64,000 bases of DNA from Selaginella moellendorffii. Its lineage: Eukaryota; Plantae; Lycopodiophyta. Of this stretch, positions 24,341 through 37,300 are shown piece after piece; the stretch's first letter is position 1, and each line of letters begins with the position of its first letter. The stretch lies in contig NW_003314297.1 of NCBI RefSeq assembly GCF_000143415.4, positions 1,093,430 to 1,157,429 on the forward strand. The letters are read 5' to 3'. The notes under the pieces were generated by a model, which was not told where the DNA came from, did not search any database, and saw nothing but the letters and a program-made list of their open reading frames with translations. Both the position numbers and the translations under genes were made by a program.

Positions 24341-25246
24341 ATGGGGTGGAAAGCGTTCGTGGAAGGCGGCGCCGCGTCCATCGTCGCGGGCTCCATGACG
24401 CATCCACTGGATCTCATCAAGGTGAGAATGCAGCTCCCAATCGCAGCGGGAGATTCGCCAGTGGCGGCGGCGGCGGCGGCAAGAACAGGGCCTCTGTCGG
24501 TCGGGATTAGGGTTCTTCAAAAAGAGGGCGCCAAGGCGCTCTTCTCGGGCGTCTCGGCGGCCATTCTCCGCCAGGGGCTCTACTCCACCACGCGGCTAGG
24601 GCTCTACGACGCGATCAAGGAGGCGTGGCGAGAGAAGCGATTGGATCCCAGCAATGCCGATCTGGATCTGGCAGTCCACAAGAAGTTCGCGGCCGGGCTG
24701 ATCGCAGGAGGGATCGGCGCAGCGGTAGGGAATCCCGCGGATGTGGCGCTGGTGAGGATGCAAGGCGATGGGAGGCTCCCAGTGTGGCAGCGGCGGAGAT
24801 ACCTCGGGGTCGGCGACGCCCTGGCCAGGATCGCGCGGCAGGAAGGGGTTGGATCGCTGTGGACGGGGTCGGGGCCGACGATCCAGCGCGCGATGATCGT
24901 CACGGCGGCGCAGCTCACGACCTACGATCAGAGCAAGGAGTTCCTGGCGGGGAGAGGGATCTGCCGCGAGGGATTGGCGACGCACGTCGGGGCGAGCTTG
25001 GTCGCGGGGTTTGTGGCGTCGGTGGCGTCCAATCCCGTGGACGTGATCAAGACGAGGATGATGAGCGTGGGCGCGGGGGACGCCAGGTATAGCGGGAGCT
25101 TGGACTGCGCGATCAAGACTGTGAGGGGAGAGGGCGCCATGGCTCTCTACAGGGGATTTTTGCCGACCTTGACAAGGCAGGCGCCATTCTCGGTGGTGCT
25201 GTTCGTCACCCTGGAGCAAATCAAGGCCATTCTCAAGGATTTCTAG
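24341..25246 (+). CDS. DIC: Mitochondrial carrier, dicarboxylate carrier / PUMP4-5 type (301 aa, intronless)
   Basis: Three PxDxxKxR-like motifs (PLDLIKVR, PADVALVR, PVDVIKTR) and the MGWKAFVEGG start typical of plant DICs. Confidence 0.9.
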   Translation: MGWKAFVEGGAASIVAGSMTHPLDLIKVRMQLPIAAGDSPVAAAAAARTGPLSVGIRVLQKEGAKALFSGVSAAILRQGLYSTTRLGLYDAIKEAWREKRLDPSNADLDLAVHKKFAAGLIAGGIGAAVGNPADVALVRMQGDGRLPVWQRRRYLGVGDALARIARQEGVGSLWTGSGPTIQRAMIVTAAQLTTYDQSKEFLAGRGICREGLATHVGASLVAGFVASVASNPVDVIKTRMMSVGAGDARYSGSLDCAIKTVRGEGAMALYRGFLPTLTRQAPFSVVLFVTLEQIKAILKDF

Positions 25247-25324
25247 CTCTTGGATTTCTAGAAATCCAAAGATCTTTTTGTTCGTCATGGTATAATCTAA
25301 CGACTTAGCTGCAATGTTTTGGAC

Positions 25325-26911
25325 ATGGACCATGAGGTTATCACTTTGATCGGGCGTGCTTCTACCATCTCGCAAGTGAAAGACCTAGAGAGAACTTTGG
25401 TTGAGAGGAAACTCCACCGCCATGTCCAGCTCGTGAATCTAATCGTCAAAGCATATGCCAGGTGTGGCAGCCTCCAAGATGCCCTTTCTGCCTTTCAAAC
25501 GCTCGAGTGTCCCAACCAGCACTCTTGGAATATCCTGCTCTCGGGCTACGTCCGCAATGGAGGTATTGCCCAAGCGGAGGAGCTGTTTGGAGTCTTGCCA
25601 TTGCGAGATCGAGTGACTTGGAATACGCTGGTTGCAGCTTATGCTAATGCTGGGCATTTGCGTAAGGCAAAACAGCTGTTTGATACGATGCCGGACAGGG
25701 ACATTGTTTCTTGGGCGTCACTTCTCCAGGCGTTTGTAAAGAAGGGAGATTTGAGCAGTGCAAAGAGGTTGTTTGATCTGATGCCCAGATGGAACGCCGT
25801 GGTCTTTAATTCCATGATATCTGGATTTGCAAACTTGGGTGATCTCTCCAGCGCCGAGAGTATGTTTGCATGGATCCCAGAAGCGACGCTCGTTACATGG
25901 ACAACCATGGTGGCCGCGTTTTGCGAAAAGGGTCTAATAGCTAGAGCTAAAGACCTCTTCTCCAAAATGCCCGAAAGAAACACGCTAGCCTGGACTGCCA
26001 TGCTTGAAGCGTTTTCTCTGAAAGGTGATCTCACCGAAGCAAAGCGGGTTTTTGATTCCATGCCAGAGTGGGATCTTGTCTCGTGTACGGTGATGCTTCA
26101 GGCATATGCCAACAGAGGGCATCTGGTAGAATGTATTCGTTTGCTCCAAACCATGCACGAGAAAAATGTGGTCTCCTACAATGCGGTGATTTCGGCTTTT
26201 ATTAACGCTGGAGACTTAGAGGGAGCCAAGTCTCGGTTTGATTTGTGCCCAGAATGGGACATTGTGTCGTGGACAACTTTGATTTCGGGATATGCCGTGG
26301 CCAGGTATTTTGATGCTGTGGAGAGCTTTTTTGCAAGAATGCCCGATGTGGACACAATGACGTGGAATACCATGCTAGCGGCGTATGTCGGCGATAGAAA
26401 CATCTCTCGTGCAAAGACAACGTTCTATTCCATGCAAGAGCGAGATAACGTTTCATGGAACGTGATTTTAGCAGCCTATTCCCAAGCTGGAGATTTGGAG
26501 GAGGCAAGGAGGCTGTTCTCCACAATGCCGGAGCGCAACACTGCATCGTGGAACACACTGATTGGCGGCGAGGCCTACTATGGTGAACATGCAATGGATT
26601 TTTTTCGTGGAATGTGTGTCCATGGCTTGGAAGCGAGTGAGATTTCGTTTCTCAATTCTTTGGTGGCTTGCAACCACAAGGGACACATAGTACAAGCGTG
26701 TAACCTGTTCTTGTCTATGAGCTTGGATCACAATCTAGAGCATTGGGAGGAGCATTTCTCACTGATGGTGGATGTTTTGGGGCGGACAGGGCAGCTCAAT
26801 ACCGCAAAGGAACTGGTTCAAGGAATGCCACTGGAACCAAACGTTGGAGCCCAGGGCGCTTTGTTTGAGTCACAAATCAGAGTCACTTGTACTCTAAAAT
26901 CAAAAGCATAA
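25325..26911 (+). CDS. PLS-class PPR protein with short-motif array and partial E-like tail
   Basis: Many tandem 31-aa motifs (VSW..M...Y...G....A...FD.MP..) and HFSLMVDVLGRTGQL; no DYW domain. Confidence 0.88.
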   Translation: MDHEVITLIGRASTISQVKDLERTLVERKLHRHVQLVNLIVKAYARCGSLQDALSAFQTLECPNQHSWNILLSGYVRNGGIAQAEELFGVLPLRDRVTWNTLVAAYANAGHLRKAKQLFDTMPDRDIVSWASLLQAFVKKGDLSSAKRLFDLMPRWNAVVFNSMISGFANLGDLSSAESMFAWIPEATLVTWTTMVAAFCEKGLIARAKDLFSKMPERNTLAWTAMLEAFSLKGDLTEAKRVFDSMPEWDLVSCTVMLQAYANRGHLVECIRLLQTMHEKNVVSYNAVISAFINAGDLEGAKSRFDLCPEWDIVSWTTLISGYAVARYFDAVESFFARMPDVDTMTWNTMLAAYVGDRNISRAKTTFYSMQERDNVSWNVILAAYSQAGDLEEARRLFSTMPERNTASWNTLIGGEAYYGEHAMDFFRGMCVHGLEASEISFLNSLVACNHKGHIVQACNLFLSMSLDHNLEHWEEHFSLMVDVLGRTGQLNTAKELVQGMPLEPNVGAQGALFESQIRVTCTLKSKA

Positions 26912-27426
26912 CTTTCCAAACAAAACAAAAAAAATAAATTGTTATGTGTTGCATCTAGCAACAGTTGTTTTGCTTAATAGTAGTGTTATTATTACTTACT
27001 AATCCAATTGATCAAATAAAGTTTATAATTATAATCATGTTTGTAATTTATAAACACAAGATTAATCTTATTGCATATCAACCATTAGATGATAGAATAA
27101 AAAAGAATATACTAGAAAAAGTTTAAGTAAGTTTATAAACTATAAACATGTTTATAAATTATAAATACATATTAATCTAAATGAATGACAACCGTTAGAT
27201 GGTAGAATATCCTAGAATATCCAAAAATATTTTAGGTATATTCATTACCATCCCAATCCTTTGCTTAAGCAAACCAAAAAAAGTGAAACAAATAATAATA
27301 ATAATAATAATAAGAAAAGCGTTGTAAGTATCGACAAGTGGCTTCTGAGCTGTGGAGTTCGTTGGGCGTTCAATCTGAGGTTCTAATCTATTCTTAATTT
27401 TCTAATAAACTTAGTCACGGAACCTC

Positions 27427-27837
27427 ATGGCACTGTTGAAAGTGTTTTTGATACTGGCAATTTTCTGTGCCGAGGTTTATACTTTCCCGAAGTGTCCAAT
27501 AGCAGGAAGTCCCTTTAGATACAATCACAAATGGTTACGCAAGGGACATCCTTTCCATGCAAATCTAAAGCTCATGTATTCAAGCTTGTACACCTTGAGG
27601 ATCTTGGGTGGCTATCTCCAAGAAGGTAGTGGAAAATTTATTGCCTATGGTTGCTACTCTTGCCCTGTTGGTTTCGACTCGTATGATAGCTGCAGGGCAT
27701 GCATAAGAAACATCCAAGCCATGTTTGACAAGTATGTTCCACTCGCAATTGGTGCTGCTGCTTGCTTGGGTGAAGTGGGGCATATGTGTTACTTGCGATA
27801 TGAAATGTATGACTTTGAGTGTGATGCTCCCTGGTAA
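27427..27837 (+). CDS. Secreted single Gnk2/DUF26-domain cysteine-rich protein (136 aa)
   Basis: Signal peptide, AYG..C-X9-C-X2-C, GA...CYLRYEMYDF, as in ginkbilobin-2-like domains. Confidence 0.8.
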   Translation: MALLKVFLILAIFCAEVYTFPKCPIAGSPFRYNHKWLRKGHPFHANLKLMYSSLYTLRILGGYLQEGSGKFIAYGCYSCPVGFDSYDSCRACIRNIQAMFDKYVPLAIGAAACLGEVGHMCYLRYEMYDFECDAPW

Positions 27838-27931
27838 ACAAAAATATGTCTAAATGGAAGAATTTTCACTCTATTGAGTTTCTTGCTTCTCCATTTGACG
27901 ATTAACCAAAAAAAACCACGAAACAAATAGC

Positions 27932-29693
27932 TTACACAGAGGCGGAACCAGCCTCTTCAAAGGCTTTACTCCACACACTGGCGATTCTCTCGTTATACGT
28001 CACCTACACACAAAAGTCTCACGATTCAAGCACACAGGATGAGAAGAGAAGGAACTTACCTGAGTTTGTACAAAGCCCTTTAGCATGCTGAAAAAGTCTC
28101 TTTGTCGATCGCATTCATAGTTTTCGATTTCACTCCGGTTACGTTCCTGATAGACCGCGTTAGATCTGTATCGAGGGAGACAACAAGGCACACTACCTTG
28201 ATTCGCTCGTACTCCTCTTGCGCTTTGTCCCGGCTCTTCTCCGCTGTCTTGATGGAGTCGTTCAGCTCCTCCACCTTCCGGTTGCTGGATCTATCGCCCC
28301 CGAAAGTTTTCGAGGAAGAAGCATTCAGCTTCTCGATGCGAGCATGCATCGCCGAGAGGTCCGTCATCAGTGTCTGCAAGGTCAGCAAAGCGCTGGAGCG
28401 ATCCGAAAAAGCAGTATGCACGGATTGCATGAGACCAAGATAATCGTGCAAGTGGTCCTGCAAGGCTGGAAGTTCAAGTTCACATTTTTCCCGGATGAAA
28501 AACCAGCGCCTACCAGATGCTTGCAAGATTCAGCGTTGAATTCCTTGTAGAAGCGGCTCACTTTCACTGCTGCCGTTGCCAAGCGCTTGACATCAGTGGC
28601 GTGGACCTTTTGAGCGTTGCCAGTCGCTTCTTGAGACTCATACTTTCCTATGCGTATCAGAGCAAGTCCGAGATCTCCCACCACATCCCCAACCTCTTGC
28701 TGTGCCTTGATCAGAGCTTCAGCCTAAATGAGAAAGTTAAGAGCAAAAAGAAAAGCTGGCCTTGAGAACCCAAACCTGCTGAGAAGCCTCAGTAAGCTCC
28801 AGCTCGAGATCCTGGAGCTTCTCCTTCTTCTCCAAAAACTCCTTGTCTTCCTCAACAACGGGAGGCTTGGACGCCCCCCAGTCATTTGTGACGGACTGCC
28901 GCAGCTCCTTGAAGATTCTAATCAAATCTCTGCCACCTTTGGCAGGCTGTGACGCCTCTTGAGGAGCCAGCACGGTGCTGCTATCGCCAAAGAGCTGCTT
29001 GGGCAGCTTTGCTGCTCCATCCAGCATTCTCGAGGCCATGTCGATGGATGGCTGCAAAGGTAGCTTCCCATTCGTTTGAAGAAACAGCCTGAGCTCCTCG
29101 GACTTCCTCAAAACTGGATGGGCCGCGAGCCGGCTCAAGTACTTCTCCAGAGCCACGCGCCTCTGCTCGATAAACTCCTGCTTTTGCATCACTTGGCTCT
29201 CCACGATGCTCTTGTCCGGGCGAGGAGGTATGAAGTAGCCCCTGTAAGCCAGCGCGAGGCGGTCGGCGAGCGTGACAAAGTCGCGAAATCTTCTTCTCAC
29301 GCTAAACTCCGTACCACCATACTCGGGAATGTTGGTGTGCGATACCACCAGATAGGTCACGTAGATGTTGGGAACCAGCGAGGAGCCCGTGGATTCTTGG
29401 ATCTTCTGAGGCTGCGTGACGGCCATTGTGAGAAATTCTTGAGAAGAATTTCCCCCGTTCCTGGAGATCGGGACCTCCTTGGATGAATCTGAGACCCTAG
29501 GATCTGGTTCTGGCCCTGATTGAGCTCCAAGAAAACCGTCCTCATCGTCCTCCTGATCTGCCGAGGGAGACATCGCCCCACTGGCCGCCATGGCGCTCCT
29601 GTAGTCGCTGCTGGAGAAATACGCCAGCGGTGCCTTGTCCAACGAGATCGACTCCATACCTTCCATACATTCTTCCATGCCCTTCTCCTCCAT
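27932..29693 (-). CDS. SNX2: Sorting nexin 2 (PX + BAR), multi-exon
   Basis: VRRRFRDFVTLADRL...FIPPRPDKSIVESQVMQKQEFIEQRR PX domain; BAR exons; ends VTYNERIASVWSKAFEEAGSASV*. Confidence 0.93.
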
Positions 29694-30675
29694 TTTCTTG
29701 TGCAGATGCAAAAAACCCTTAAAACCCTAGACGGATATTCGCAGCGAATCTAATCTACATTTGAAAAACTTCTTAGTTGTTTTCGATTAAGCCCATCTAT
29801 TTACATTGGACATTAGCACAAATGGTGTCACTTGTATAGCTTTTTACTTTTTTCAAGTGAGAATTCCTTACTTTATTAAAATTATTTTAATGAAAATTCT
29901 TGTGAAAATTTTTAGTTTTCAAACACCTGCTCACAATCTTCATTTTTTAAAGCTCTTTATATGGTGTGCAATTTGTAAACTGTTTGTAGATGATTGTATA
30001 TGGACTCATTTAACTTGGCATAATTTAGATGGTAACACTATTTTGGCCAAATCTTGGTTAAACTTTTTTTCCACATACAAAGTCAAAGTATTCCCTATAA
30101 ATATTCCTTAGAATCCAATGGCCACTCCCATTATATTCATAACCCATATTATACCCATTTTATAGCCATCATAAGCTCATATAAAGTGTTGCATTAAGAG
30201 TTCTTTAGAAGGGTTAAATTTCACAAGTATGATAATATAATGGTTGTTGAACTAACCATAATAAACATAGGCTAGCCAAAGATCTTTAACAACAACTATT
30301 GAAATATAGACTACCACAATCAATAGTAACCACAAGTAAGTTGTATGATATTTTTGCATTAGAAACAATTTTGTGCATTATTAAAGTAATGTGTAAAGAC
30401 TGCTTCCTATTGATTGCAATGTAAGAACAAAATATGAAGCATGAAAACTATGGATGTAATTTAACAAAGAGCTTCACATAATGCATTTTACATTGGACTA
30501 ATGACATCCACAATTTAGTCCCTCAGAAATAAATCTATTATCAAATTCCACTAGTACACACTTTTTCTACCTCTTGTTACCTACCAAAAAAACATAGAAA
30601 AATAGTGAAAAAAAATTAAAAAATTCCACTCCTTGATCTCTATAAAGAAGTGGGTAAAAGATAGCACTAGATGAG

Positions 30676-30677
<2 letters not shown>

Positions 30678-30707
<30 letters not shown>
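30678..30707. repeat. (GA)n microsatellite
   Basis: About 15 GA units. Confidence 0.95.
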
Positions 30708-30709
<2 letters not shown>

Positions 30710-31129
30710 ACTTGACTTTTAATGTAAATAGAATGTGCATAAACTTAATCAAAAGTAATATAAGTGTGGAGATACATGACTTTCCCTACAGCCAGGTATT
30801 TATATTACATGTCTTTAACTACTAAGCATGAAAAGAAATAACTATTTGTTTAAGAAAATTCCTGAGTAAGAGAAAATCCCAACCTACCTTCCATTCCCCT
30901 ACAATTGAATAAGCATATGTCTCATAAAGCTCAATTGGTTGCTACTTAATGCTAACCTTTCATTAACTAAGGATTAATCTTGTTGATGAAGTTGTTGCTT
31001 TCCTAATCGTTGTAGTAGTTCATCCTTGTAAGTTTAGAACTCTACTAGAACTCTTTCTTTTTCGGCATGTTCCTAAGTTAAGAGTAGCTCTCTAACTTGA
31101 TATAGAAGGCTGTCATGCTCTTGAGTCAA

Positions 31130-31930
31130 TTAGGCCTATGGTGGCCAATGCTTTGGAAAGATGTTACAAAGTTTTGTCATGATTGTGACACATGTCAAAT
31201 ACATAAATTAGCTTAAAAGAAGCAATGTCATAAACTTAATCTTATATATATCCATATGAACCATTTTAGAAATAGGGTTTAAATTTTGTTAAACCAATCA
31301 TGATAAACAACAAGAGAAATAAATACTTGCTAGTTGCTACTAATTAAATGGGTGGAAGCAAAACCACTTAAAAATGCTAATAAACAAAGTTAGATAGAAA
31401 CTATAAACAAAGTTTTAAAGACAATCTTAAAAAAGATTATTTAGGAAAATGGAAAAGATTGGAATGATCATATTCTTGATGCTCTTTGGGATATAGAGTT
31501 GTCTATTAAGTTTCCACTAAAATGACACTAACTCCATATAACTTATATGGAGTCGAAGCTCTTACACCAATAGAATATATTGTAAGATTGGCTATAAAAT
31601 ATAATCTTAGAGAGAAATAAGCATTTCAAAAGAGACTAGCAATGCTAGATAAACTCAATGAAGAAAGGGTAAATGCTTTATGGGCACTTTATGCTATTTA
31701 AACCATAAGAAAAACAAGACATGATTGCAAGATTAAAAAAACTAGTCAAGATATAATCCAACATGGAGATAAAGTCTTTTGAAAAATTGACAATTTTAGA
31801 AATAAATTCTAGAGAAAATGGGAAGGACTATACTTAGTCTTAGATCTCAATCCCAAAGGTTGTGCTAAGATCATAGATCTAATAGAAGAATTTTTACAAA
31901 TTGTCAACTTCAATAAGTTGCACAAGTAGC
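31130..31930 (+). pseudogene. Highly decayed gypsy-type (non-chromovirus) integrase remnant
   Basis: Fragments WP.L.KDVTKFCHDCDTCQ, KYLLVAT..KWVEAKPLKNA, KDWNDHILDALW, KWEGLY. Confidence 0.6.
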
Positions 31931-33189
31931 TCATAAATTTTGTTAAGACAAAACACTTAAGAATTTTAGAAATTCCTCTAGGGTTTACCCTAAAAATGCA
32001 GTGACCAAAAGTAACTGTGCTTGTGGAACTCGAGCCCATCAAGGTGAGTACTACCCTTAACCTTGTCAACTAAGCACACTGCAAAAGAATGCTCCCTCTC
32101 ATAGTTGGTTTCCAAGAGTTAATTGCCATTGAGTAAGGAAGACAAATGATTGAAGCATAAGACAACAATTCCCATTCATTTATTTTCCCTCACACATGAC
32201 TCGAAGTTACAGAGGAAGCAATGATAAGGGCCATGGGAATTTTAAGTGGAAGAGAGTTCATCCAATCCTCCAAAGCTCTCAAATTCCTAATGGACTATGT
32301 CTACATCTATAAAATCTTATCATATATGAAGGGGAACAAGATGAACATCTTTTGGATTCGTAAAAAACATTAAGAGAGAATGAAATTTCTCTCTATCATC
32401 CTTGAGGCTAAAAAGAATCTAAAGAGCATTAGCATCAATCTTGCACAACTTTACTAGCTACTAGACAAAGGAGAGTAGGTGAATTTAGTTGAGCAGATCT
32501 ATGACAAATTTCTAAATCTCATGCGAGAAGTTCAAAAAATCCTGAGTAGTGCCAAGCCAAGGAAAAGTATAGTTTTTCTCTACCTTGTTCCACTGAACAA
32601 ACTGATCTTTGCATCAACAGTGTGATTGATGTTAATGCTTCCTCCTGAAGTAGCACAACCAGACTACAATGATGGTACTAACACTAGCGAGGATGAGGAT
32701 CTTATAGTGGTCAAGCTCTCCACTAGCGAGAAAAAACATCAACTCCATTAAAGAGGCCAAGCATGCCATGTTTAAAGTAGGCTTGAATGGTTACCAAAAA
32801 TCCCAGAGCCAAACAGGGAACACTAGACAAGTCTTATGAGTAACTAGCACGATCTACACCAACAAAAACCATGGAGAATGAGGAGAACTAAAAAAATTCT
32901 AAGTAGCAAAGGAGAAGGGAGTGGCACTAAAAATTCCTCCTCTCAAGCTCGTCGGATGAGGAAAACAATGAAGTAGTCTACAATGATGTAAACAACTCCT
33001 TCCATCACAATTTTGACGAAGTGCCATAGCTAGACAAGTCAAAGGATATGACACTCACAAAAAATTCCTGACTCAAGGGATTGTCCAAGTGAAAGGCCAA
33101 GAAGATCCACCACTTGACCAATCACAGCATGACAAACATCAAGAAAGTCACCCCCTAACAAATAGCCCTCTTCACTTGCAAGGCCCAAC

Positions 33190-34337
33190 TGTAAGGAACC
33201 AACTCGCCGAGGTGTCGTAGGCTAAGGGAACCCCGAAAGCATGACCAAAATGACAAAGAGTTCATCGGATGGGACCAAGTCAAAGATCGAGTCCAAGACC
33301 GACTCTAGGACCGAGTTCGAGATCGAGTCCGGAATCGAGTCCGAGACCGACTCGGGGACCGAGTTCGAGTCCGAGTTCGAGACCGAGTTCGAGACGGAGT
33401 CCGAGATCCGAAATCGGGTCCGAGACCGAGTCTGAAGTCGAGTCCGAGGTCGGGCCCGAGATCGGGTCCGAGATCGAGTCCGCGATCGAGTCCGAGACTG
33501 AATCCGAAGTCGGATCCGAAATCGGATCCGAGATCGAGCCAGAGACTAAGTCCAAATACTAATACGGGTCAAGGGGTGAAAGCCCAAAGCGTGCGTCCCC
33601 CAGGGGGGGGGGGCTGCAGGGGGTTCCAAAAGTATAGTAGGGATAGTGAGGTCCAGGAACCAGTTTTGAAGGGACTCTCCAGTTGGGCTTCCAAACCGAC
33701 TTGAGGTTGGGACTGGGACTAAGGGGCCTTGGGTGGGAGTGAGCATGGACTTGGCTGGTGCCGGAGGGGCCATCCAAGGAAGTGCTCAAGAGCAGCTCCC
33801 ACTCCCGAAAGGGAAACCGATTGCGGTGCTCCCGGCTCATGTGGAGTGGTGCCCCACTTGAGTACCATGCGGCTCATTGGTCCTCGCCCTTCCTAGGGGC
33901 TTGGGCCTTCCTTCGGGATGGAAGTGGGGGGCGAGAGGTACCCATACCGGGCCGTTAGGCCACGGTGTTTCGCCCCGACGTCCCGAAGCAAGTGTTGCAC
34001 TCAAGACTTGGGATTTAGAGGGTCCCATGATCAAGTCTTGTGGTACCAAGGGATGTTAGGAACCTGGAAGCTTGGTGTGCTTGGCTGCTTGTGCTTGCGG
34101 GGAGTGTAGCCGAACCTTAAGTCCAGTCTAACCCGGGGAGGGGGATTGGGAGTGATTTGGGAATCCGTGGAAGGATGGCTAACACTCCGTTGCTCGTGCA
34201 GTGAGTAGCTGAAACCAAGTAGGAGCTGGTACCATAGGCGAGAACCTTGGCAAGGGAACTTAGCAAAAGCCAAGGCAGTGTTGGACGGATAGACGAGGTA
34301 AGCTGGCAAATTGGAAAGGAAAAATTTGTGGCTTACA
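33190..34337 (+). repeat. LTR-A (1148 bp)
   Basis: TGTAAG...CTTACA termini; internal GAGTCCGAGATC-type array. Confidence 0.95.
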
Positions 34338-34340
34338 ATT

Positions 34341-34352
34341 TGGTATCGGAGC
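34341..34352 (+). other. PBS (tRNA-iMet type), copy 1
   Basis: TGGTATCGGAGC 3 nt after the LTR. Confidence 0.92.
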
Positions 34353-37300
34353 CTTTTCCTCAGTTCTAGCGAAGGATAGAGGCGGATTGCTGGGAGATGG
34401 CAAGGGCAGGGCATAAGCGAACCCAGGCGGAGACGGAACCTCCACCAGAGCTGGAGCCTCCGGTCGAACAAGAGGCTATGGATGAGGAATCCTTGCATGA
34501 GGAGGACTCCAGTGAGGAAACCTCCAAACAGGAGTCCGGTGGCGAGGTTCGGTCGTCCAAGGCTCGATTGGACGTGCTAGAAGGACAGTTGGCACAGACC
34601 AATGCCCTGCTGGAAACTCTCGTACGCAAGCTAAAGCGTGACGAGAGGCGGAAGAAAAAGAAAAAGACTGCGGATGCTGGCAGCGCAGAAGGTGCGGATC
34701 TTTCGGCCGGGACTGAGGCAAAACCAGACAAAGTCGAACAGACCGAAGTGGAATCAGTCCCTCAGGCAGTTCCCAAGTACAAACCAAAGCCCCCACCGGT
34801 CTTCAAGGGAGTAAATGACTATAAGGTGGTGGAGGATTGGTTTTACGATATGGAGGACTACTTCCGAGTGTTGCGGTTACCAAGCTCGGAGAAGGTCCCA
34901 TGTGCAAAACCATACTTGGCAGATAATGCCAAGTCTTGGTGGAGAACAACGGAGGCCAACGAAGGACCGGTGGTCACTTAGGACATGATGAAGGCGAGGA
35001 TCCGCGCAACATATGTTCCTCCGAATGCCACTCTGCATCTGAGGGATGAACTGAGTAGGCTGAAACAGACAGGAACCATCCAGGAATATATGAATGGGTT
35101 CATGGCAAAGAGGATACTTGTCACGGACATGGGGGATATGGATGCGTTCCATGCCTTCATATCAGGTTTGCAAACCTGGGCTCGCGGCGAGGTGATGAGG
35201 TGGAACCCGACCAACTACAAGGAAGCGTTGGATGCGGCCATCAAGGTGCATTTCAACGATAACCTGCGAAAGGGGAACACGACGGGGTCGGGATCCACAT
35301 TTAGCAAAGGGGCCAAACCAAGGGGAACGTATAGCAAGGGGAAATTCAAAAGGAGTTTCTCTAAGAATGAGTCCTCGGGGTTCCGGAAAGGCAAATCCGG
35401 TGGCCAGCGAGCGAGTACGTGGGGGAGTCAAGCAAAAAAGGACAAACCCACGGATAAGAAGGTCAAGTCGTATAGCAGCGTGGGAAACAACGTATGCTAC
35501 AACTGCGGCGAAGCGGGACACTTCTCGAGGGAATGTCCCTACCCGAAGAAGGCCAGAGCCAATATGGCCATCAAGTCGGGTGAAGTCCAAACTGAGGTAT
35601 GTGATCCAGTCCCTAACTCAAAGTTACTCATTACACGAGCAACTTTGGTAGAGAGTCGTTCGCGACATCTACTAGCCCTCCGAGGGAAGCTCGGAGGTAG
35701 CTTTGTTAAGATCCTTATTGACACGGGTGCTTCGGATAATTTTGTGGCTGCAGACATAGTCCGGCAAGCCGGACTAACGGTGCAGCGGCTAGGCGAACCA
35801 AGGACTATAGAGTTTGTTCAGGGTAGCCAAAGCACCGATGAGGTACTTCGACAAGCGAAAGTCGAAGTGGGGACATGGAAAGTGGACATGGATTTCACCG
35901 TCTTGGATATGGCGGGATTTGACGTGATCTTCGGAATGGATTGGTTTAATCGGTTCGTGGTAGCCCTGCATGGACAAGGTAGGAACCTTGTGGTATTGGC
36001 GAATGCCCAAGGAAGAAGATCTAGGGTGGAGGCCCAGGATCTAAAGGTAGGGCAAAGCAAGGCCAAAGAGTCATGCTTGAACCTGGTGTCCACGAGAGGA
36101 CAACTCACTAAAGGAACTAAGGCAGCCTTTTTGTGCTTACTCTCGGTGAAGAGTGACAAAAAGACAAGAACGGAAGAAGTGCCTTTAGTGATCCAGCGAG
36201 TGTTGGACCAATTCCAGGATACCATGCCGGAGGAGCTACCGGCGGGGTTGCCCCCCGCACGACCGATAGAACATAAGATTGAGCTTGTCGAGGGCGCTGA
36301 GGCGGTAGTTCGTCCCCCCTATCGTTTGAACGAAAAAGAACTCAAGGAGCTCAAGTGCCAACTAGAGGAGTTGGTGGGCAAAGGGTATGTTAGGTTGAGC
36401 AAGTCGCCGTATGGGGCGCCGGTATTATTTGTGAAAAAGAAAGATGGATCTATGCCCATGTGCATAGATTACCGGTTGCTCAACAAGTATACCAAGAAGA
36501 ACAAGTACCCGTTGCCAAGGATTGAGGACCTGTTCGACAGGTTGGGAAAGGCAAAATACTTCTCGAGGATTGACCTAAGGTCAGGATACTACCAGATCAG
36601 GGTAGCCGAGGAAGATGTCGAGAAGACAACCTGTCGAACGAGGTATGGGAGCTTTGAGTTTTTGGTGATGCCCTTTGGGCTGTGCAATGCGCCGGCAACG
36701 TTTTCGGCGTTGATGAACCACGTCTTTGTACCCTATCTGGATCACTTTGTGGTCGTCTATATTGACGACATCCTGATCTATAGCGAGACGCTAGAGGAGC
36801 ATGCCGAACACTTGGCGAAGGTGTTTGAGAAACTAAGGGAACATAAACTGTATGCTAAAGAGAGCAAATGTGACTTTGCTCAGCAAGAGGTAAAGTTTCT
36901 CGGGCATGTGGTGGGCCAGGACGGGCTCAAGGTGGACCCGGAGAAGGTCCAAGCGATCCAGGAATGGGAGCGACCATCGAATGTACATGAGTTGAGGGCG
37001 TTCTTGGGGCTATGCAACTACTATCAAAAGTTTATCAGACACTATTCGAGAGTAGCCCTGCCCTTAACGGATCAAACGGGAAAAGGGAAGATGGTATGGA
37101 CAGCGGAATGCGAGGCGGCATTCGTCCACCTCAAAGGGAAGTTGAGGAAGGCTCCGGTGTTGGCATTACCGGACTTTGGTAAGGACTTTGAGGTAGACAC
37201 GGATGCTTCGGACTTTGCGTTAGGCGCAGTTTTGAAGCAAGACAACCATCCAGTAGCGTTCTTCTCGAAGAAGCTGGACAAGGCTCAACGGAAGTGGCCT

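Noticed and set aside
24596-25375. Antisense ORFs over DIC, RPS5, SNX2 and the proline-rich gene
   Set aside because: Shadow frames of GC-rich coding sequence.
27018-27210. Imperfect approx. 110-bp AT-rich tandem duplication
   Set aside because: Low complexity, no TIR or TSD; no function supportable.
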